Shown here piece by piece: positions 26,004 through 37,000 of a stretch of 64,000 nucleotides of DNA. How positions within the stretch are numbered: position 1 is the stretch's first letter; the number at the start of each line of letters is the position of its first letter. The notes beneath the pieces were generated by a model, which saw only the letters and a list, made by a program, of their open reading frames with translations, was not told where the DNA came from and did no database searches. This stretch comes from Lytechinus pictus (Eukaryota): positions 8,186,001 to 8,250,000 of the forward strand of contig NC_087249.1 of NCBI RefSeq assembly GCF_037042905.1. The letters run 5' to 3'. Both the position numbers and the translations under genes were made by a program.

Positions 26004-28611
26004 AAGATTAATCATAATAAAACAAAATAATCATAACGGTACGTAGGGCCTATGGTGCACCGGGTAGCGACTTCAGTTCCGTAAACTGTTCTCCCAGCGG
26101 GCCATGCTAATACCCCGGCTTTAGCTGGGCTAACTGCGCTCAAGCATTTGAATTAGTAAATGGTAGTTCCCTTGTTTGTTTTACTAAGGACTGTTTTTGT
26201 TTATATCGATTAGCTGATATTTCTTTAATTTGATATGAATAATACCTTTTTATTGTAATCGCTATTTTACTATGTTTTTATTATACAAGGACCAAGATGA
26301 AAAAAACAGTAATTACAACTCTGATCTTGTGAACCTTTTTAAATATGACTGAATGAATAAATAAATTAATTGGTATTGATAAATAGATATTCCATCGAAC
26401 CTGAGGCAATGCGAACACGAAGCGCGGGCTAAATTGTTTTATGCAGTGACATGCCCCCCCCCCAAGTCTGAATTACCCTTACCTTATTTTATTCATTCTT
26501 CCTCCTTATATTTTTTCTTCTCCCCCCACCCTCTGCTTTCCATTATATTACTTGTTTCCCTTTCTTTCCCCCTATTATGCACCGCCAATAGGGTGGGGGC
26601 GCCCCGTTGGCCTCCTGGATCCGCCTATGATACCGGTACATCAGGCCTGTATATTATAAGCAATTGATGTTTATGTAACATCGATTAACCCCCCCCCCCC
26701 CGAAAGTTTCTCTTTGTATTTTTCTTTTCAACTTGTTATGGTAGTATATACTAAACAAGTATCACGTTTGACTTTGTCCAACTTTGTGACCAAAACTTTA
26801 GTACGGTTTTCTCAGTGAAATTGATGATGACGTCTCCTGGGTGCCTCCCCCTTCACCCCACTCCTCCTTGGTCCTCTGGGCTTGGCGAATAAAATTGCGT
26901 ACATATCATGGAGAGATATATCGAGGACATACAGCTAGGCGGAATTATTTGGGGAAGGGGTCTTCCATTTCTTTGTTATTCCGAAGTTCCGATGATGGTT
27001 CAGCGAATGTGCTCTATGCAAAATCACGTTTTGGCACGACTTCTAAGCGCTGGGCATGTCAACGGACAATAACAAAATAAATGCAAACATGTCATGGATC
27101 GAAATGGTAAAAAATATATATTTTAAAGAAAACCATCGTTATCAAAATTTGATGCAGTCAAACCAACATGTTTTGTTAATACCAGTTTCAACTTACATTA
27201 AAAATTATAACCCGAGGCCATATTAGCACCGGGGGTGGGGGGAGGGGGGGGCAGAGAGCACTTGCACCCCCCCCCCCCCCAAAAAAAAAAAAAAAAAAAA
27301 AATCTCAGTAGGAAAAAAATCTTTTTTTTCAAAATGGAAAGTGCCCTTCTTTCAAAATGATGTGTGCCCCTTTTCAAAATAAAATACCTTTTCTTGAAGT
27401 CAAACAATACATTTTAGGTTAGAAAATCACAAAAATTTTGGATCGCGCTTCGCACTCACATCATTTTGAAAGAAGGGCACTTTCCATTTTTTCCCTACTG
27501 GGATTTTTTTTGGGAGAGGGGTGCAAGTGTTTTGGTTACAACTTCTGCTTACAATGTTCAATTTTCAAGTTTGAATATCACAAATTTTCAGCTCGCGCTT
27601 TCCGCTTGCATCAATTATTGTTTATTCTTGGTTTCAAAACTTAGAATGTCCATCAGGTTGAAATATCACAAATGTTCGGCTCGCGCTCGCATCAATTATT
27701 ATTTATTGGTTTCAAAAAGTGCTTAGATTGTCCAGTTTTCAGGTTGGAATATCGCACTCGCGTCCATTATTCAGTTAGATACACATCTTTTTCATGACAA
27801 CAAAAACAATAGCTCGGAATGCTTGATTTTCAGGTCTTATTAGTACATGCAATGTCCAAAATTTTGAGCCCGCGATTTGCGCTCACAACATCTCGCAAGG
27901 ATGCTCTTTTAACAATAATTTGCGCGGTAATAATTGACAAAAAGCGAGTTTCACAACTTCAGATTTAAAAGTGTTTCCAAACCGCTTGCTTGCTACGCTC
28001 GCTCCCGGAAAAATAAAGCCTGATTACATATTTAATCAATCAGAAAAGACTTCAAAAAGGCTTTGCTCAACTTAATTAGTATAAAACGCACAACTACTTA
28101 ACGCAGATGATAATCTCATGGTGAAAATTTCAATTGCATAAAAAATACATATTAATGCCCTCTTTTGCCCCCCAAATGAAAATACGTTCCGCCGCCCCTG
28201 ATTATCATCCATCGCACTTGCTGGTATTTTTATTTATCGTCATTCCCCCCTCTCAAAGAAAAAACTTATACTTTTGCCCTTTATTTAGCCTGCGATGGAA
28301 CTTGCAGGAAATTTTATTTAAACGCGAGCATATCAAACAGGATGCAAATGGAGGTCTATTCAGCCGGGCATTATTTATACGCTTTGGATTCTTGTTTGCC
28401 TATTTTCACTACATCTTTGTCCTTATTTCTCTATATCCGTAGCTCCACCATGCGCGTATTCGAGGGCCCTCGGGGCACGCCCCCCCCCCCCCCCGGGTAG
28501 GCGAAAAAGGGGCGCCAAAAATAGGGAGAAAAGGGGAGGAAAAAATGAGGGAAAGAACAATAGAAAGATAAAAGGGGGAAAGAAAGAGTGGAGGAAAACA
28601 AAAGAGGGAAA

Positions 28612-29370
28612 GGGGAGCGCCGAATTGATGTTCGCCCTAGGGAGGGGGGCGCCCAATTGATAATCGACCTATAGGGGCGCCGAATTTAAGTCCAACATAG
28701 ATAGGGGAGCCGAATTGATGTTTGACATTGGGGGCATCGACTTGATGTCCGAATTAGGGAGGCGCCGAATTGATGTTCGACCTTGGGGGTGCCAATTGAT
28801 GTTCAGCCTAGGTGGGGGGGGGGGCGAATTAATGTTTTACCTCGGGGCGCCGTATAGATGTTCCACATAGGAGGGGCTGCATTGAAGTTCGGCATAGGGG
28901 CACCGAGGGGGCGCCGAATTGATGTTCAAACTAGGGGCTGGGGCGCCGAATCGATATTTTCCATAGTGTTGCCGAATTGATGTTTGACATAGGGGGGCGC
29001 CGAATTGATGTTCAACATAGGGGGTGGCAAATTGATGTTCAACCTAGGTGGAGGGGGGGGGGGCGAATTAATGTTTTACCTCAGGGCGCCGTATAGATGT
29101 TCGACATAAGAGGGGGCCGCATTGAAGTTCGACATAGGGGCACCGAGGGGGCGCCGAATTGATGTTCAACCTAGTGGCTGGGGCGCCGAATTGATATTTT
29201 TCATAGGGTTGCCGAATCGATGTTTGACATAGGGGGTGCCGAATTGATGTTCAACCTAGGGGGTGCCTAATGGATGTTCACCACACGAGGGCGCCTATTT
29301 TATGTTTGTCCCGGTGCGCCAAATTCAGGTTCAATTAACCAAGGGAGAGGGGGGTGGGCGCCAAATTCAT
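28612..29370. repeat. About 32-bp minisatellite (GGGGCGCCGAATTGATGTTCRACCTAG) with an about 240-bp higher-order duplication
   Basis: About 28790-29030 is repeated at about 29030-29270. Confidence 0.85.
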
Positions 29371-30870
29371 GTTTGCTCGCATCAAATACTCATCCTGTTC
29401 ATGATTACCAAAAGTGCCTATAATTTTAGATCAGAATACAAAAAAAAATCATCCTACTCTACGTTCTCGCATTAATTGTTTAGTAAGGTGACGATCCTGT
29501 TCATGGTTAGATAAGTGCTTAGAATGTCCGACTTTGGATCGAAATATAAAAAAAAAATCAGCTCGCGCTTCACGCTCGCATAAACTGTTTTGTTAGTGCT
29601 CATCTTGTTCATGATAATCGAAAATGCTTACTCGAATGTCCAAATATTAGGTAAGAATATGAAAAATTTTCATCTCGCTCTTTGCGCTCGCATCAATATT
29701 GTTTAGTTAGATGACAATCCTGTTCATGATTACCGAAAGTGCTTAGTCGATGTCAAAATTTTAGGCCAGAATATCAATAACTTTTTAAGCTCGCGCTCCA
29801 CGCTCGCACAATTGTTTAAATAGATACCCATCCTTTCCATGGCTATAAAATATGCTTAGAATTTCCAGTTTTGGGTCAGAATACCAAAAATTTTACGCTC
29901 GCGCCTCTCGCTCGCATTAAATGATTTGTTAGATACCCATCCTTTTCATGATTACCCAATAATGCTTAGAATGTCCAAATTTTAGGTCAGAATATCAAAA
30001 AATTTAACGCACGCTTCGCGCTCGCATTAATTATTTAGCTAGATACCTATCCTGTTCATGGTTATAAAAAGTGCTTATCATGTCCAGTGTTGGGTTGGAA
30101 ATTCAAAAATTGTCAGCTCGCACTTCGCGATCGCATAAAATGTTGACAGATACCCACCCTGTTCTTGATTACCAAAAGTGCTCATAGATTTTTCAAAATT
30201 TTAGGTAAGAATATGAAAAATTCTCATCTCGCTCTTTGCGCTCGCATCAATATTGTTTAGTTAGATGACAATCCTGTTCATGATTACCAAAAGTGCTTAG
30301 TCAATGTCAAAATTTTAGTTCAGAATATCAATCACTTATAGGCTCGCGCCTCGCGCTCGCACAAACAATTGTTTAAATAGATACCCATCCTTTCCATGAT
30401 TACAAATTAGAATGTCCAGTTTTGTGTTGGAATATCAAAAAAATTAAGCTCGCGCCTCGCGCTCGTATTAGATCATTTGTTAGATACCCATCCTGTTCAT
30501 GATTACCCAATAGTGCTTAGAATGTCCAAATTTTATGTCAGAAAATCAAAAATTTTCAACTCGCGCTTCGCGCTCGCATTAATTATTTAGTTAGATACCC
30601 ATCCTGTTCATGATTATAAAACAAATGTAAAAAGTGCTTATAATGTCCAGTGTTGGGTTGGAAATTCAAAAATTGTCAGCTTCCACTTCGCGATCGCATA
30701 AAATGTTGATAGATACCCACCCTGTTCTTGATTACCAAAAGTGCTCATAGATTTTTCCAAATTCTAGGTAAGAATATGAACAATTTTCATATCGCTCTTT
30801 TCGCTCGCATCAATATTGTTTAGATAATACATATACCCATCATGTTCACGGTTGCAATAAAACTCAGAAT
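29370..30870. repeat. About 111-bp tandem array with a 5-mer (about 555 bp) higher-order repeat
   Basis: Variant CTCGCTCTTTGCGCTCGCATCAATATTG recurs at about 29674, 30228 and 30791. Confidence 0.85.
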
Positions 30871-31349
30871 GTTCGATCGGAAAAGAGATGAAAATATCCC
30901 CTCCCCTATTGGCGAAAGCTGGATCCGCCCCCGGTTAAGAAATTACAGCTCCCGCACATAATTTTAGCATGGTCTACCACTCTGATGAGAAGTTGAACTA
31001 AATTGAAACCCCAAAATGCTTAAAATTCTGTGCTTTCTGGTCGCATTTATTTTTTTCAAAAGGTGGTTAAAACATATTCATGGATGTTTTTTTTTCATGA
31101 ACACATTAAAAAGTGGTCTTCGATGCATTTTTCACGTGATTATGAAATACGATAATTCAAACTGCATTTAAGGCACCTATGATTGCCGTGCTGGGCGGGT
31201 CGGGGTGCCATTTTCCGAAAAGTTCACAGGGGCGCCAAAATAGTCGGGCTCAATCATGGATCCTGGATACGCGCATGTCCGTTGGGCATCGTTTCCAACA
31301 TTGTACCTCCTTATCTATACCGGCGTGATACTAGGCGCTAGTCCATGGA

Positions 31350-31686
31350 TCGGATCGGTTTACTTCCATTTCGTCGTGATGCCAACTCGTCCAAATGCCA
31401 ACTCGTCTACTATCATTATTTGGTCTACCATCAGTTCGTTCACTATCCACATGCATGCATTCCGTCTAATAACCATCTGATCCAATAGTCATTTAGTCCA
31501 TATACAATTTGGTTATTGGACGTGTTATTGTGCAAAATGAATGAAAATGAATTGGATACTGGACTAACTGGACCAAATGGTTGTTCGATGAAATGTTGAT
31601 GGACGGATTGGCATTGCATGGACTAAATGAAAGTAGACCATGTGGTGAATGGATGAGTTGGCAGTTGACGAATTGGCAATTTACCA
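31350..31686. mobile_element. GG..CC element, family of 13798-14214
   Basis: Shared body and ...GAATTGGCAATTTACC end. Confidence 0.7.
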
Positions 31687-32127
31687 ATGGACCTACTAGT
31701 ACTAGGCCACTGAATTGAACTTGTCATGTGCCATAACACCTAAACTGCTTCCTTATATCCGATACCCCCTCCATCCTAAAGGGAAGGAGGAGAGAGAAGA
31801 AAGGAAGAAAGAAATAGATTGTTGAAAGGGAATCAAAAGAACGATCAAAAGGGAATTTGAACGCAACATAATATTATACTCTGTTATTGTTTGAATCGTT
31901 TCTCTCTCATGAAATTTATATTTTGAATATATATCGTTTCAGTCATTCTCATTATTTTACTGCATAGCGAATTACAAAACGTCCTATCCTCGTTTCCGCT
32001 AACCACACATGACATTATTTATCATTTTATTATTATCATGCAATGAAATTCATACTGTTTTTACACGCTGCGTCGGCTGCCACTTGACTACCTTGTAAAT
32101 ATTTTTCTGATGATATTCAGTTGAAAT

Positions 32128-32332
32128 CAGTGGCGTTCAAAATAAGGCTTGGTGCTGTATGGATTCCCAAATTTGTCACGGCCAAGAAAAAAAAGGAAAG
32201 AGAGAAGGGAAACTATTATCTGAATATCATGTCAAAATCTATCATAGATTACCAAAAAAAAAAAACAAGATTTGTGCCCTATATGTATATCTGGCCCCTT
32301 CATATTTGTTATGTTCATTATTTACGCCACTG
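32128..32332. mobile_element. Short hAT MITE
   Basis: CAGTGGCGT / ACGCCACTG; flanks GTTGAAAT / GTTAAAAT. Confidence 0.7.
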
Positions 32333-32676
32333 GTTAAAATTAAATTCAACTTAAAACATTTTCCCTTTATCATTGCATTATACATTCATGAATAGTGAAA
32401 GCATGTTCATAACATCTTTCTGTATTTTTCGCTGTTTATACAATTCCTAACCTTAGGTTGTGTGTATTCCTTATGTTCGCATTCTCAATGTTATTTTCTC
32501 TTTATTTCAATATTATTCTCACAAACTTTATTATGGTATGCATATTCAAGAAAGTATTACTTGTTTGCTTGCCCCATGACAGCTTTGCCTTCACTTTTGC
32601 AGATCGGAGTGTCTCTCAGTCAGTATTCAGAGCTATTACTGTATTCTCCTTGACCCCCCCCCCTGTGAGTTGTAAA

Positions 32677-34047
32677 CAGTGGCGCAGCTACGGGGGGGCC
32701 TGGGGGGGCACATGCCCCCCCCCCTGAGATTTGGTGTGCCCCCAGGTGCCCCCCCCCCCCTGGAAAAAATTGGCACAGTAAAAAAAAAAAAGGAGAAAGA
32801 AGAAAAAAAAGGAAAAGAAGAAGAAAGACAGAAGAAAAAAAGAAGAAGAAAATAAGAGGAGGAAGACGAGTGAATGAAATAATGTGAAGGGAAGACTTGC
32901 AAAAAAAAACAAATCTTTCATGTTACTATATAAAACTTTTGCTTGCGCTTCGCGCCAGAATTGCCTGTTCAATGAAATTCATATCTTGCTCAATAGGCTG
33001 ATATGGAGAAAGTTTTGAAGTCAAAATACAAAATATATTTTAGCTCGGACATCGAGCTCTCACCAATTTTTTTTCATTAACAAATTTAAGTGTTCTAGCT
33101 GTAAAATGTCCCTTTTATAGTCTACATATCAGCATTTTTAAGCTCACGCTGCGTGGTCAAATTGTTTGATTTGCCAAGTTCTTATTGTCTACGTGTATTT
33201 CATAATGTTCCATTAAACAAATGTATTCAGACTGCCCAGATTCTAGGTCTAAATCTAAAACATGCGCGATAGCCTGCATGTTCTTTATATTAAATGTACT
33301 TAAATTATCCAGTTTCACATCAGAATATCAATAATTGTCTGCTCACGCTTCACGATCGCCAATTAACTATATCCTATTTATGATTTACAAAATATGAATA
33401 GAGTGTCCCGCTTTTAGGTCTAAAATCTCAATTTTCTTCCTCTCGCGCTTCGCGCTCGCATCAATTGTTCAGTTACATACCTATCCCATTTATTAATACA
33501 AAAAGTACTTAGAATGACAATTTTTTAGGTCGGAATGTCAAAAAAAAAAATTCTCGCGCTTCGCGCTCGCATTATTGAAATATATACCGTCTTCGTGGGT
33601 AACTGTAAGCAGTCCTTAACAGGTCCCTTTTCGATAATGCTAGAACAGTTAATAAAAAATTCTGCTCGCGCTTGGCCTTCGCAGTAACCATCTAGTTACA
33701 TACAAATCTTGTTTAGGATCACACATAACATTGCACAGAATATTACATTTTCAGGACAAAGTACATTAAAGTAACAAAAAAAAACGCTCGCGCTTCGCGC
33801 TCGCACTTTTTATAAGGCTTATGAGATTATTTCATGTTTATGTTGTCCTATAAGAATAAAACTAAGAAGTGACTGATCGGGGGAAATATTATAGGTGAAG
33901 ATAATTTCGGGCCCCGTCCCATATTGGCGAAAGTCGGATCCGCCCTTGTGACACATACACACACAACGGAAAAAATGGTGCCCCCCCCCTGAAAAAGCAA
34001 GGACCCCCCAGTGCCCCCCAAGGAAAAAAATCCTAGCTACGCCACTG
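32677..34047. mobile_element. hAT MITE with internal CTCGCGCTTCGCGCTCGC repeats
   Basis: CAGTGGCGCAGCTA / TAGCTACGCCACTG; perfect 8-bp TSD GTTGTAAA. Confidence 0.9.
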
Positions 34048-37000
34048 GTTGTAAAACACCCGGGTAAAACACCCATAAAGGCAAAATAATATATTTTTAT
34101 CGGCAACATATTTGCATCACATCACCATAAATTAAATACATCAGAAAAGGCGTATACCCATTGAACCTCGCCAGAATGGGCTTGCCCAAAAATTTCAAAC
34201 ACAAATTTCTTTTTTTCCCCGAAAGTCATCACCGCTTGGAAGTAGGCGACTTTCCCGCCCCAAAATATTCTTATTCCTACAATAGTGCAATCCGTCACGA
34301 ACACCATGCACGATTGGCCTTTGATAACTGATCTCCAAAATAGTTGAACCATATTCCAACACTTTCTACGATCAATACGATCGCCTTGACTGATCTGATA
34401 CTTTCTGATACGATTAATTATTCCGCGATTATATGCCTCTTGGAAGCGGGGGGGGGGGGAGCTGGGGATGCGGCATGTATTATTTTCCATGGGCAGCACC
34501 CCCTGGAATTCTGATAGGTGTCAAATTTGAGAAATGTATGGAATGACCAATGATTTTTTCTTTTGCTTTGTCAATTTTTTTTCTGCAGGTAACCCCACCA
34601 AAAAAAAAAATCGTGACAGTGTGAACTGAGCACATTTTTTTTTCAATCATAAAAAATGATTATTATATTATTTTCCCCATGAGTTGTGAAATTTTGACAC
34701 GCCGGGATCTCCTTGGTCCCAATCCCAATATGAAGAATACATTTCCTCGGCTATAAAACAACAGTTATCATTCGTTTTTCCTATATTTATAGCAGGAAAA
34801 TGGGAGTCCCAATTCCCGGTTCCACTTTCATTGCTAAATAAGTCTACGTTATGCCAATCAAGATGTGAGTGATGTCTTTGTCCTGCTCACGTCGCCACGC
34901 ACCATTCACATTTTTTCAACAGTTGAACTGCTCGTGCACACACTGTATGCGTGTATCCCGGAGGCCTATCTTCCTCTCATTTGTTGCAATAAAAGTTCAT
35001 CTTTCCATCTATTTTTAATTGTTTATTGTTTATTTAATAAGGGGTAGCCCATTCAACAACAGCTCCCATGGGGCGCCCCTATCTATTATTCGTCATTGGT
35101 ATCCATTTGTCTTTGTCCATCCATTCTTGGGGTTAGGCCTATACATTCATCGGATGATCCATTCATATATATGCCTATTCATCCATCTATTCATTATTTC
35201 AGTCATCCATCCATCCATCCACTGATGGATTGATTAGGCCTATAGGCTACCCCCACCCTCCCCATACTGGAGAAATACTCTGCGACCCATTCTCTGGAAA
35301 TCCTTATTGATACACGTTTCAAAGCAGACGTAAATCCCCTCGGACGTTGCTTCTCCAAGTTTGCTTAGTCTTCTTTCACGTACTTCGTTGCCCTGTTTCA
35401 AACGGCATGACTTGTAAAGTTCTGTTGTAAAACATGCCGGTCGGCCCCCGGGGTCGGCTCCGAAATTCACCCTCTGCATACCTAGAGCGCAACGGTTCTA
35501 CCATAGACCATAGCGCCGCGCAATATGGAATATACTCAACTTCTCATTACTCCACATCTAGCTACAAGCTTTCTTGTGTGGCTGCAAGAATAAGAGTTTT
35601 CTGAGAAATCTTGCCCCTTACGTCTACCCCCCCTAATTTTGTTTTGCTTTCGCTCATGACGCCTCTGCTCTAGATCTGCTTGTAAAGATTGACCAAATAA
35701 ACACTGTATTCTAAATTTGCAATTTGATGCATTATGGTCGCATACACACACTGTCACGGTCTACACGATGTAGACTACGCTACATACTTCGCATCAACAG
35801 GTTTCTCAGCTCACCTTTTGACCTCGCAAGTTCAGTCTAAACAACGAAGAATAATCCTACTTTCATGTCAATACTGTGTGTCCTCCATGGTCCCATCAAC
35901 TTTTATCTTCCTTTTATGTTTTACTATTTTGTATCCCGCCCTGGAAATAATCGTTTTTCTCTTCGCCCTTCCCTTTCTTCATACTCGGCCCTAGACAGAA
36001 TGGGGATGGCCGTCTATATATACATGTATATACATATGAAAATTTTTCATCTCGCTCTTTGCGCTCGCTTCAATAATGTTTAGTTAAAAATTAGATGACA
36101 ATCCTGTTTATGATTACCACATGTGCTTAGAATGTCAAAATTTTAGGTCAGAATATCAATCACTTGGGCTTAAAAAGTGATTGATATTCTGAACTAAAAT
36201 TCTGACATTCTAAGCACTTTTGGTAATCATGAACAGGATTGTCATCATAGATATCTCTGATTGTCATCTACCTAACAATATTGATGCGAGCGCAAAGAGC
36301 GAGGTGGCCGTCAAATCAAACTCGGCCCTTGCCCTTCTTTGGGATTCTCGTATCTCTTTTAGTCTTGGAGTACTTTCAGATTCATGACATTAGATTCCGA
36401 AAGTAAGCCGTATTGGGCAATCCTTCGCTTCGTCATTCACGTTCGATAATCCTTATTCACGTACGATACAATCATGGAGCTATAGCTCCATATAATATGC
36501 TTGTCCAGTGTGTGCTATCGCTAATAGTGGATTATGTTTAAGGTAAACGTGCATGCAGAGCGCAAGCATATCGCTAGCTAGTCCACCTCCTGGACTGTTG
36601 GTATTTTGTACGATACGACTACCAAACACAACACACTACATCCCCATAACACGCATACACACACCCCCTGAATAGTCACACGAAACTACATTCTTTTACG
36701 GGGAAAGTGAATCAGTGGGTTAGATGAATCACTGGGGGTAAGTGAATCAGAGGAGGGCGTGTGTGTGTTGGTTATGTGTGCGCGTGGGGGTACCGGTACG
36801 GTCCGATAAGGTTTGCCCCTGGTTTGCCCAATCAATAAAAATCGTCCAGGACGTGGACTAATCGCTAGCCGGCTAGCATCGGCTCATTGAGCTTGCACGC
36901 AACGTTCGGTGTTTGCTTCTACTCAGCTACTTCTGCACACAGCGCTGCACTTTGTTGATACGGGGATTTCTTGATACGGCGCATGCGCCATGACGTATTT

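Larger units (their letters stand above)
28449..31277. mobile_element. hAT-like element carrying a minisatellite and a satellite-like array
   Basis: CATGCGCGTA / TACGCGCATG termini; no TSD seen. Confidence 0.6.

Noticed and set aside
34122..34499. 125-aa ORF
   Set aside because: No recognisable homology or splice support; the opposite strand weakly resembles a LINE 3' end
35240..35950. Small minus-strand gene or structured RNA in the cargo
   Set aside because: No recognisable domain; one frame gives KKTKQTWRSNVRGDL among stops, weakly like an RTE LINE C-terminus, so probably a decayed retroelement
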